This document shows positions 8,199 to 17,300 of a stretch of DNA of 33,859 bases, piece by piece. How positions within the stretch are numbered: the stretch's first letter is position 1; each line of letters starts with the position of its first letter. The position numbers and the translations under genes were made by a program. Source of the DNA: a virus (lineage: Duplodnaviria > Caudoviricetes); the IMG/VR virus record IMGVR_UViG_3300048796_000014, positions 1-33,859 of that record; one strand, given 5' to 3'. Below the pieces are notes generated by a model, which made no database searches, had not been told where the DNA came from, and saw only the letters and a program-made list of their open reading frames with translations.

Positions 8199-10556
8199 AT
8201 GAAGACCAGACGTACAATATTGTCCTTCCTCACTTTTTTGATGCTGTGCTGCTTGAAGTCACATGCTCAGTTTGTGACTATCACTGACACCGGCATCACA
8301 GACCTGTCTGGTGCTCCACTTCCCAACGGTTTGGAATGCTTCGCTCCTGTGAATAATCAGCGTGTGCCAATTGCAGCCAACTACCCCGGTGGCACTATCA
8401 CCAAGGTGCCAAAGTGCAGCCCAATAGTCACCGGAGTCATGACCCCAATTCAGTTGGTGGCATCGAATGTGACCAGCCCAGTCAATCTATGTTACTTGCG
8501 GACAATTGTAGACAGCTCCACCGGCAAGCAGGTAATTGGGCCATTGGATGGGTACGCATGTGTGCAGCCCACAGCCAACACCAATATGAATACTGTGGTG
8601 CCCAGTCTGGGTGGGCTTGCACTAGCTGTCACAGGTCCGGCTGGTCCGGCTGGTCCAGCACTGAGCTATCGTGGTATGTGGTCATCGTCTACTACCTATG
8701 CCAACGGTGATGTGGTGACCTACTCTAATGCTCTGTATGTTTCGTCTGTGTCATCGAATCTCAACAACACACCTAGTAGCTCTCCCAGCCAGTGGAATGT
8801 GTCTGGGGTTAGTACAGGCACCGGCTCTGGCATTCCTGTGGGCTGCTCCGTCAATACTTCCACTGACAAGTGCATGGGTGTAAGTCCATACTTGGCTGTC
8901 TCAGGTGACTACTCTGCTGCCTATACTCAAGTTATGGTGGACCTGTGTGCATCAGGTGCTGCTGGCGGTAATGTCTACCTGCCCGATGGCGTGTATGCAC
9001 TTAGTGGATCATCGCAGGATACCAGTGGTGCCAACTCAATTGTGCCAGCACCCAAGATTGTGAACTATGGCACTCAGCTCTGCAAGATTGCCTTCATCGG
9101 CTTCCACGACCCAAACAACGGTGAGTATAACGGTGCCCAGATAACTACCACAGGCTCTTCTGGCAACCTTTTTGGTGGTTATGACAGCAGCAACACCAGC
9201 GGTGGTGGCTATCCACCCTTTACCAATGTTGAACTGACATTCAAGAATGTCACTTTTGTAGCTCCCACTAACCCCGGCATCGTGGTGGTGAATGGTACAT
9301 ATTTACAAGCAGTCCGCTTTGTAAATGTGCTGTGCAGGACAGTCAACCCATCCAGTCTCAGTGCCGTGACCAACACTGCTGGTGGCTGCTTGTACATGCC
9401 GTCCATTCTCAACTCATACCAGAATTATGTCGATAACGTAACTTTCGCTGGCTTCTACACCAATGTGATTCTAACTGAGCACACGCTGGTGGGAGCTATC
9501 TACAGTGAGATAAGCCAGCGTGGTGTTGTCATGGACACTGGCTTCAATTCGGCAGCTCCGTCTACTTACCATGGCAATTCTGTCCATGTTGATTATCTGT
9601 GGGCTGGGTTTGGTAACTGTGCTGTATCTGCTGGGTCCAATACAACTGTGGCTAGTATTTCTAATCTTGATTCAGAGCTGAATTCACATGACGTGTGTGA
9701 CAATACTGCTAGCTATCTTCATCTTTCAGGTGGTTGGCTGAATCCATATAACAGTGCCACAGCCACTCTAGGTATCACAGGTGGTGGTGCTCACGTGAGC
9801 TTGCAAAATTTATACTACCCAGAAAGTTGGTATCCTAGCTCTGCTCCTGTCAATCTCAATTCTGGGCTGATTGAATTTTGGCGTGGTGCAGAAGGCTCTG
9901 GCACCACCTTTGGTAATGCTGGCACTGATAGCACCAATGTGCAGACTCTGACCAGCGTGACATGGGGCTCTGCATCGGGCTTTACTGGTAATGTTCCTAT
10001 ATACGATGGGACTACATCACATGCTATCGCTGCTTCAGCCACTGGTACATCCTTTACAAGCACCCAGCCATGGACCGCTTGCTATTGGCATAATCCCACC
10101 ACATACTCTGGTGTCTCAAGCGTCTTTGCTCTGAGCAATCTGGGCACTCCACTTGGGTGGGGTGTTGGTGAATTCGGCTCATCTGTTGGAGCCCCCGGTA
10201 GCATCTTTGTGTATTTGTACGTGGATGGCTCACACAACATCGCTGTCAACAGCATTCTGGGCGGGCTTACATTGACGGCTGGTGTCGCTGCCAATGTGTG
10301 TGTAACCTACGATGGCTCAAAGATAGCAGCCGGTGTGAGTATCTATGTGAACGCTACAAAGTCTGGTGGTATACAGGTGGTGTCTGACACGCTGGGCACT
10401 GGGTCTATGGTGTCATCCAATCCAATGCATATTGGTGACAACGTGGGTGAGAATTCATTTATGAATGGTGCCATCGGTGGTGTGAGAATCTATAATCGCG
10501 TGTTGTCCAGTGCAGAGCTTACGGCCATCTACAATGAAGGACCAAACGGAATCTAA
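8199..10556 (+). CDS. Signal-peptide protein with a short collagen-like repeat, a CBM5/12-like module, a beta-helix (tailspike/pectate lyase-like) region and a C-terminal LamG/ConA-like domain
   Basis: MKTRR, hydrophobic core, SHA-Q cleavage site; GPAGPAGPA; YRGMWSSSTTYANGDVVTY; GGNVYLPDGVY; ends with VCVTYDG..IYVNA..IGD..MNGAIGGVRIYNRVLSSAELTAIY. Confidence 0.8.
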   Translation: MKTRRTILSFLTFLMLCCLKSHAQFVTITDTGITDLSGAPLPNGLECFAPVNNQRVPIAANYPGGTITKVPKCSPIVTGVMTPIQLVASNVTSPVNLCYLRTIVDSSTGKQVIGPLDGYACVQPTANTNMNTVVPSLGGLALAVTGPAGPAGPALSYRGMWSSSTTYANGDVVTYSNALYVSSVSSNLNNTPSSSPSQWNVSGVSTGTGSGIPVGCSVNTSTDKCMGVSPYLAVSGDYSAAYTQVMVDLCASGAAGGNVYLPDGVYALSGSSQDTSGANSIVPAPKIVNYGTQLCKIAFIGFHDPNNGEYNGAQITTTGSSGNLFGGYDSSNTSGGGYPPFTNVELTFKNVTFVAPTNPGIVVVNGTYLQAVRFVNVLCRTVNPSSLSAVTNTAGGCLYMPSILNSYQNYVDNVTFAGFYTNVILTEHTLVGAIYSEISQRGVVMDTGFNSAAPSTYHGNSVHVDYLWAGFGNCAVSAGSNTTVASISNLDSELNSHDVCDNTASYLHLSGGWLNPYNSATATLGITGGGAHVSLQNLYYPESWYPSSAPVNLNSGLIEFWRGAEGSGTTFGNAGTDSTNVQTLTSVTWGSASGFTGNVPIYDGTTSHAIAASATGTSFTSTQPWTACYWHNPTTYSGVSSVFALSNLGTPLGWGVGEFGSSVGAPGSIFVYLYVDGSHNIAVNSILGGLTLTAGVAANVCVTYDGSKIAAGVSIYVNATKSGGIQVVSDTLGTGSMVSSNPMHIGDNVGENSFMNGAIGGVRIYNRVLSSAELTAIYNEGPNGI

Positions 10557-10574
10557 CTAAGGAGAGTAACAACA

Positions 10575-10859
10575 ATGCTGACAATGATGCTCATGCTTAT
10601 GCTGCAAACAATACCAGCAGCCCCATCACTTGCACCGGCTCCATCTAGTGCAGCCCCACCACCTGCTGTCTACACAACTCCAACCCAGAATGCCAAGCCA
10701 TGCCGGGTAGATTACAAGCTAGGTGCTAACGTCTTTGCTGGTGATGGGTCTGTATCTTCGTATTCATGGCACATTAGGATTCCTGAAGTGCTGACCACCA
10801 AGGCACAGATTGAATCCACCATTTTGGTATGTGCCGTTGTGCCAGTCAAGGTCAAATAA
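10575..10859 (+). CDS. Small, possibly exported Pro-rich protein, 94 aa
   Basis: AAGGAG RBS, hydrophobic N-terminus MLTMMLMLMLQ, Pro/Ala linker, two Cys. Confidence 0.65.
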   Translation: MLTMMLMLMLQTIPAAPSLAPAPSSAAPPPAVYTTPTQNAKPCRVDYKLGANVFAGDGSVSSYSWHIRIPEVLTTKAQIESTILVCAVVPVKVK

Positions 10860-10860
10860 C

Positions 10861-10904
10861 ATCGTGAATCTGGGGCTGCCATCACGGAGCCCCAGATTCA
10901 CGAT
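10861..10904. terminator. Perfect 17-bp inverted repeat closing the cassette
   Basis: ATCGTGAATCTGGGGCT (10861-10877) and AGCCCCAGATTCACGAT (10888-10904) with a 10-nt loop. Poor U-tract. Confidence 0.6.
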
Positions 10905-10913
10905 TGATACACT
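10905..10913 (+). promoter_or_regulatory. Putative extended -10 promoter
   Basis: TG-A-TACACT directly after the hairpin; GGGAG RBS at 10921 and ATG at 10936. Confidence 0.45.
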
Positions 10914-10935
10914 GGTAACTGGGAGCCAAGCAATT

Positions 10936-11385
10936 ATGTCTGAGATGACTCATGCAATGACCAAAGCCGAAACAGAGCTTCTAATTCTGCAATCAGAGAA
11001 GGGAATGGGGATGGTGTTGGATGAGAAATTGGGCCAGCTAAAGGAAAGTGTGGATGCTCGCTTCACGAAGCAGGATGACAAGTTGGATGCCATCATTGCC
11101 AGTGTTGCGGACATCAAGAAGCAGGGAATTGACTGGCATAAGACTGACCTTGAGTACAGGGCTTCTGTGCAGAGAGAGATGTCAAAGATGCAAGCCCTGC
11201 TGGATACCATCAAGGGCTGGATTCGGGCATTCCGGCTGCTCTCTGCTGTGCGGTCTGGTGCTGTCACCGTGGTGAAGGAAGGCAAGCAGTACCTGATTGC
11301 CATTGCTGCTGTGTGTGGTGCCTTTGCAGCAGTGGTCCAATTCTTCCATGTAGTGCTTCCATGGCTGCACAAAGTGATGAGGTAA
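10936..11385 (+). CDS. Coiled-coil protein with a C-terminal transmembrane helix (holin-like topology)
   Basis: Heptad-rich N-terminal region, then YLIAIAAVCGAFAAVVQFFHVVLPWL. Start placed by the RBS. Confidence 0.65.
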   Translation: MSEMTHAMTKAETELLILQSEKGMGMVLDEKLGQLKESVDARFTKQDDKLDAIIASVADIKKQGIDWHKTDLEYRASVQREMSKMQALLDTIKGWIRAFRLLSAVRSGAVTVVKEGKQYLIAIAAVCGAFAAVVQFFHVVLPWLHKVMR

Positions 11386-11389
11386 TTCG

Positions 11390-11734
11390 ATGGCATACAC
11401 GTATGACCTAGCAACTCCCGTGGGGCAGGTGAGACTCATTATTGGTGACTCTCTCAACTCACAGGGTGTAGCTCAATTCACGGATGAAGAGCTGACTTCG
11501 TTTCTTACCACCGCTGCCGGGTCCGTGCCCAATGCGGCAGTGCAAGCTCTCCGCACATGGTCACGAAGACTGGCCAGCCAACCCAAGCAGCAGATTGGTG
11601 ACTACACCTATGACCCGGCACAGCAAGCCAAGGCACTCATGGCTGTGGCTGATGCTCTGGACCGTGAAGTGGACGATGAGCTGGATGACCCGGTTATTGG
11701 AGACTGTGCCGGTAGCCTATTCATAAGGATGTAA
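11390..11734 (+). CDS. Head-to-tail adaptor
   Basis: MAYTYD..TPVGQVRLIIGD...FTDEELTSFL adaptor pattern; first gene of the neck cluster. Confidence 0.8.
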   Translation: MAYTYDLATPVGQVRLIIGDSLNSQGVAQFTDEELTSFLTTAAGSVPNAAVQALRTWSRRLASQPKQQIGDYTYDPAQQAKALMAVADALDREVDDELDDPVIGDCAGSLFIRM

Positions 11735-11738
11735 GCCC

Positions 11739-12125
11739 ATGGCAGACCAGACCTACCTTGCATTGCTCATCAGCACCGGGTATATCAGCAGACGCTTTGA
11801 CACGTCTGTGACTCCCAGTGCTGATGAGGGTATGGGTCCAAACAATGACCAAGGTGTGTATCAGCCGGTCATGGTTGGTGACCCACCAGCCCAGCTCTCC
11901 GTGCCCTGCCGGGTGGCCCAGCAGTCAGCCAGAGCCCGATTCAGAGCCAAGTCCGATGAGAAGGACGTGGATGTGTCCACCCTCACCATATTCACGGACT
12001 ACCGGACAGACGTGCTCAACCGTGACCGCTTTACGATTGATGGTCTGGAGTATCAGACGGTGGACGTGAATGACCCCGGATTGATGCACCACCACCTTGA
12101 GTTTGTGGCAAGGAGAATCACCTAG
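11739..12125 (+). CDS. Head closure/stopper protein (SPP1 gp16-like)
   Basis: VPCRV...DVLNRDRFTIDGLEYQTVDV.DP...HHLE pattern; synteny. Confidence 0.8.
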   Translation: MADQTYLALLISTGYISRRFDTSVTPSADEGMGPNNDQGVYQPVMVGDPPAQLSVPCRVAQQSARARFRAKSDEKDVDVSTLTIFTDYRTDVLNRDRFTIDGLEYQTVDVNDPGLMHHHLEFVARRIT

Positions 12126-12544
12126 TGGCTAACCGTGGGGTGGTGACAACTCACTATAACCGTGCTGTGCTCATCGGCATCAATGACACCATTGCTGAGG
12201 CAGTGGCTCAAGTCTTTGAAGCTGACATCAAGGGCATGGCACAGGAGCTGTCACCAGTAGACCGTGGCACCAATCGAAGAAGCATCACCACGGAGACACA
12301 GCGGACACCCAATGGAAGTGTGCAAGCGGAAATCTTCACCCAGTCTGGCTATGGTGGGTATCTGGAGTTGGGCCACCGGGTACATGTTGGTCCGAAGGGC
12401 AGTGAAGAATTCAGAGATGAGCCGGTGGAAGGTAAGCCGTATATCTACCCGGCATTCATTGCCGGTCAGCCAGCTCTGCTTGAAGCAGTCAAGGATGGTC
12501 TGGGTGGTGGCGGAATCAAGTCAACGGAAGTGAGGAAATTCTAA
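12125..12544 (+). CDS. HK97 gp10-like neck/tail completion protein
   Basis: AQELSPVDRGTNRRSI, YGGYLELGH, KPYIYPAF. Confidence 0.88.
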   Translation: MANRGVVTTHYNRAVLIGINDTIAEAVAQVFEADIKGMAQELSPVDRGTNRRSITTETQRTPNGSVQAEIFTQSGYGGYLELGHRVHVGPKGSEEFRDEPVEGKPYIYPAFIAGQPALLEAVKDGLGGGGIKSTEVRKF

Positions 12545-12545
12545 T

Positions 12546-12998
12546 ATGCCCACAGCTCCTGTATCAGTGCCCATGATTGAGTGTGACCCTAATGTGGCTG
12601 TCATTGCCATGCTCTCCAGTGATGAAGCGGTGGTGGCAGCCGTCAATAATCGGATATGGTCACCACGTATTCCAGCCGGATTCAACCCGGAAGACGGTGC
12701 AGGAATCAGCTTGCACATCAGGGGTGGCAAGAATGGGCTGTATGACCCTATTGTTGAGCCATCGTTTCAGGTTGTAACATGGGCAGTGAGTACCAAGAAG
12801 GCAAGAGCTGTGATGGCTGCTGTCACAAGAGTGCTCCACAACCTTGCTGACCAGCAGGTGGCCACCGTGGATGGAACGGTTAGAGTATTGACCGGAGTGC
12901 AGGAAGTCTATCCACAAGACGTGATTGATTCAGACACTGGGTGGTTTACCTGTGTCAGCTTCTTCAGACTCAAAATGGTTTTGGAACCTAATTCGTAA
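12546..12998 (+). CDS. Tail terminator protein
   Basis: Directly before the major tail gene; L..D..V.A.V..RIW and FQVVTWA....ARAVMAAV..VL pattern. Confidence 0.75.
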   Translation: MPTAPVSVPMIECDPNVAVIAMLSSDEAVVAAVNNRIWSPRIPAGFNPEDGAGISLHIRGGKNGLYDPIVEPSFQVVTWAVSTKKARAVMAAVTRVLHNLADQQVATVDGTVRVLTGVQEVYPQDVIDSDTGWFTCVSFFRLKMVLEPNS

Positions 12999-13013
12999 CA
13001 GGAGAAATAAAAC

Positions 13014-13640
13014 ATGCCGCTTGAAGCCTTGAATAACAGTGCAAACATTATCACCGGGTCAGCCTATCTGTTTCAGGCTCCCGTGAGCACAGCTCTCATC
13101 ACGATGCCACCCACAGACAACTCTGTGAATGACCTTGTGGCAGCCATCATCACAGCCGCTGTCTGGCAGCCATTGGGATATACCGATGCCGGTATCAAGT
13201 TTGCTTATGACCCCACTTACAAAGACATCACGGTGGATGAGCAGATGAGCCCAGTTGACTCGCTGATGACGGCTGAGAAGCTGGTGGTGTCTTGCTCGCT
13301 CGCAGAGCTGACACTGACCAACCTTGCACGTGTCATCTCCACAGCGGCAGCTCCTGCTGTAGTGGCTGCCGCTGTCGGCACGGCTGGCACCACCACCTTC
13401 CAGCAGGGTGGTCAGCAGGTTACCAATAAGTTTGCCTATCTGCTGGTGGGCATGGGTCCGAGGGGCTTCCTTCGGATGGTCAATGTGTATAACGCGGTTG
13501 CCACGTCCAAGCTGGATATGCAGTACAAGCGTGGTGAGAAGCTGATGACCCCGGTGGAGTTTACGGCACTCGCGCTGTCTTCCAACGGTGTTGGTAATCG
13601 GCTCTTTCAGGTTGTTGACAAGTCTGCACAGGGCGAATAG
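13014..13640 (+). CDS. Major tail (tube) protein
   Basis: WQPLGYTDAGIKFAY...ITVDE, LAELTLTNL, YKRGE...PVEFTAL. Strong RBS and a downstream terminator. Confidence 0.9.
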   Translation: MPLEALNNSANIITGSAYLFQAPVSTALITMPPTDNSVNDLVAAIITAAVWQPLGYTDAGIKFAYDPTYKDITVDEQMSPVDSLMTAEKLVVSCSLAELTLTNLARVISTAAAPAVVAAAVGTAGTTTFQQGGQQVTNKFAYLLVGMGPRGFLRMVNVYNAVATSKLDMQYKRGEKLMTPVEFTALALSSNGVGNRLFQVVDKSAQGE

Positions 13641-13662
13641 GTCTGCTGACTGGCTCTATACT

Positions 13663-13695
13663 GAATGGGTCACCTTCGGGTGGCCCATTTTGTTG
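13663..13695 (+). terminator. Intrinsic terminator after the major tail gene
   Basis: GAATGGGTCACC-TTCG-GGTGGCCCATTT with a cUUCGg tetraloop, followed by TGTTG. Confidence 0.8.
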
Positions 13696-13709
13696 TGTAC
13701 AGGAGCACC

Positions 13710-14156
13710 ATGCAGAATCTCTTCTCACAGACCTTCGCCAAAGACCGCACTGAGTCAGACATCCTCAGTCATGCCCACATCCCACTCATGCTGGGCAAGA
13801 AGGAGCACAAGGCCAAGCCACTCACCATCCGTAAGTGCCAAGCATGGCGTGAGAAAGTGGCAGACCTGCTGAATGGCATAGCCACAGGAGCCTTGACTGG
13901 CACCGTCACATCCCAGAGCTTCATGCAGGGCATCATGGTGGCCTTCTTCAAGTTCCCAGAGCAAGTGCTGGAGCTGCTGATTGCTTTCAGCCCGGAGTTG
14001 GAAGAGCAGCGTGAGTGGTTGTATGACAATGCCACGGATGAAGAAGTGGTGGTGGCCTTCAGCCGGGTGCTTGCGGTGGCATACCCATATTTCAATCTGC
14101 TTGGTCAGATGAGGACAGCAGCAACGGCAACGGACCAAGCTACCAGCCGTCAATAG
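13710..14156 (+). CDS. Tail assembly chaperone (gpG-like)
   Basis: AGGAG RBS, ATG at 13710, between the major tail and tape measure genes. Confidence 0.8.
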   Translation: MQNLFSQTFAKDRTESDILSHAHIPLMLGKKEHKAKPLTIRKCQAWREKVADLLNGIATGALTGTVTSQSFMQGIMVAFFKFPEQVLELLIAFSPELEEQREWLYDNATDEEVVVAFSRVLAVAYPYFNLLGQMRTAATATDQATSRQ

Positions 14157-14377
14157 GTGAGCAGTATGAGATTGCCATGCACTGCTGGCATGTCACACCT
14201 GAATACATCAATGCCCGGTGGACTGAAGAGCAATTTCTGCTGCTCTTCAGAATGAGAAACAAGAGAATGAAGTGGGAGCAGGGAGCAGCAGAGCAGGGTG
14301 ATAAGAAGATTCAGAATGACATGAGCGATGATGCCTTCTTCGCTGCTTGTAATGTTGTACCCACCACGGTCAATTAG
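14090..14377 (+). CDS. Tail assembly chaperone gpT-like extension, probably reached by -1 frameshift (start approximate)
   Basis: The -1 frame is open from 14042 to 14377, overlapping the end of gpG. Encodes WHVTPEYINARWTEEQF. No good RBS before the ATG at 14177. Confidence 0.65.
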   Translation, partial: FQSAWSDEDSSNGNGPSYQPSIGEQYEIAMHCWHVTPEYINARWTEEQFLLLFRMRNKRMKWEQGAAEQGDKKIQNDMSDDAFFAACNVVPTTVN

Positions 14378-14389
14378 GAGAGATAGAAC

Positions 14390-17300
14390 ATGGCAGACAC
14401 ACCCGGAATTGGAGCTGGCATCAATGTAGGTGACGCAGTTCTCACCTTCCTTGGTGACACTACGGACCTTGAGCGTGCTTGGTCTGAGATGGAAGAGAAT
14501 TCCACTGCTGCTGCCACTCGCACTGTGAATGAAGTGATGAGGCAGTATGACCGTCTGGGCATCGAAGGGTCTGCACGTCTCAATAAACATGCCGTGGAAG
14601 CTCAAGCAGCCTTTGAGAAGATACGTGACTCCGGTGTGGCTTCAATGACTGACCTGATGCAAGCAGAGCAAGCCATGCTGGAGTCACAGGTGGCTCTCAA
14701 GGCTTCGCTGGGTGAAGCCATCCCATTGGCTGTGACGGAGCGTATTGAGAGCTTGAAGCTCCAGTACATCGGGCTCACCGGCTCCGTTGCTCAGTTTGAA
14801 GCAGCCCAGATAAAGAGTGCAGCCGTGGTTGCAGAAGCGTCCATTGCTACTGACCGGAATACCATTGCTCTTCAGCGTGAGAAGACAGCAACTCTTGAAG
14901 AAGTTGCTGCCATGGAGAAGCTGTGGGCTGCCCAGAATCGCGTCTCAGAGAATCGAGCTGCTGCACGGGGTGGTGGAGCTGCTACCCAGAAGAGCGGTGG
15001 CACGGTCATTGCCGGTGCTGAAGAAGCGGATGAGGGTGCAGCGGTCAGTGAGAGTGCAGCAGGAGCTGAAACTGCTGAGGGTGGGGCTCTGGGTGGTGGA
15101 CTCGCTGCACTGGGCACCACAGCCACCACGCTGGCTCTCTATGCCGGTGTAGCAGCCGTGGCTGGTGCTCTGGCTGAGGGTGTGAAGCAGGCTCTGTCCT
15201 TTGATGCTGCCTTCACCGAAGTCACCACGGTCATCACAGAAGACACACCCAATGCCGTTGAAGTCATTGGGATGCTGAAGAAGCAGCTTGAAGCACTGCC
15301 ACCCACTCTGGGCAACATCACAGAGCTGACCCATGGTGTTTACCAAGCTCTATCCGCTGGCATCCCTGCTGCTGAAGCAGTGGAGCTGGTGGGTAAGGCT
15401 GCTCTCTTTGCCCGTGCATCGCTGATGGACCAAGAGACAGCAGTGAAGCTCATTACTGCATCCATGAATGCCTATGGGCTCACGGCACAGGATGTGGACC
15501 ACGTGACCAGTGCTCTCATGGCAACCATCCAGCAGGGTGTGCTCCGTGGCCCAGAGCTGGCTGACTCACTTGGACGTGTGCTGCCGGTGGCTGCCAATCT
15601 CAAGGTCAGTCTCTCAGACGTGCTGGGAGCTGCCACGGCTCTCACCAAGGGTGGGCTCTCCGCTGATGAGTCCATGACTGCTCTGAGACAGGTGATGCAG
15701 TCAATTGAGAAGCCCAGTGCCACTGCTAAGAAAGCCATGGCAGAGCTTCACCTGTCCTTTGCTGACATCCGTGAAGAGATTGTGACCAAAGGGCTGGGAG
15801 CTGGTCTGGCTGACCTTGGCACCCACATCAAAGACAACACTGAGCTGACCACGGAATTGTTTGGCAACATCCGGGCTCTCACTGGCATCCTTGCACTGAA
15901 TGGACCACAGCAGAAGTCTTATGCTGAAGCCACGGCAGCCATCACCAAAGCCTACAATGATGCCAACCTTGCCCAGATTGAATTCAACAAAATAACTGCC
16001 AGCACGTCCGGTCAGCTCAAGACCCTTGGCAACACCATAAGCAATGAGACAGCGGTTGCTTTTGGCAAGCTCGCTCCCATTATGCTGTCCTTTGCACCAA
16101 GTCTGAAGACACTTATCGTGGACTCAGGTGTGCTCAGGCTGACTCTTTCTGCACTTGCAGCTCTTCTTCTTACAATTGCTACCACTCTGTCTATAACTGC
16201 CATTGCCGTTGATGGGTTGAAGGATGCTTTTTATAGACTTGCTATTGGTGTAGTCACAGCCGGTGGGTATATCCATGGGCTGGGCACCATAACTGAGAGT
16301 GCTAAGGAGTCACTGGCAAAGCTGCATGATGGGTTGGATAAGAATACTGACTCACTAAATAGTAATCGTCAATCTTTGAAGGATAGTCTGCAAGCATTTG
16401 ATGGGCTGGTGCGTGGCTCTAATGAGGCTACTGATAGTCAGAAAGCCTTTGAAGCAGCACAGCTCAAGCTGGCCAAGGCCAATGATGAAGTCACGGCTGC
16501 CACGAAGAAGGCCAATGACGCTATCAGTGAGCAAGCCACGGCTGCATCCGATGCAGCGGAGAAGAATAAGCTGCTAGAAGCTGCTGCCAAGAAGACCACG
16601 GCTGCCATGGAGAAGTATGCCAGTGCCCATGGCATCGAGCTAGTGAAGCAGCTTCAGGATGACGTGACTGCTGCACGGCAGTTTGCAGAGCAGATGACTG
16701 CAAGCCATCAGCCCACAGCCACACAGACTGCTGCCATCATCAATCTCAACATTCAACTGAGCAAGCTCAAGTCTCTGCTGGGTGACAAGCGAAGCATTGC
16801 AGAGACGCTGATGGGTAAGCCGGAAGAGATAAAGGAAATCTCCACCCAGCTCACTACGGAAATAAAAGACCCGATGGTGGATGCTTTCAATGCTGTGCTG
16901 GCAGCAGAGCAGCGGCTGGGCATTCAGGGTAGTGCATCGCTGGCCAAGCACGTGTCTGACCTTGAGCAAGACATGAAGGTAATGATTGGTGCTTTCCTGA
17001 ATGGCACCATCACGCTGGATGAGCTGCACAGTGCTGAGGCTACCTTGAAGGCTGCCAATGACGCGCTAGCTGCCAGCTTCAACTCCACAGCCAAGGCAGC
17101 GAGCGTGGCAGCAGCAGAAGAGAAGACCGCTGGAATCGAAGGCACCCAGATACTCACCCAAAAGCGTAACGCTGCACAGGCTGCCTATGAAGCCATTGTG
17201 AAGGAGCAGAAGGCTGGGCTTGAGAGTGCCAATGCTGTCAACCAAGCAGAGCTGAAGGCTCTGAATGCACAGAAGGCTCTGCTGGTGTCACTGGGCAAGC

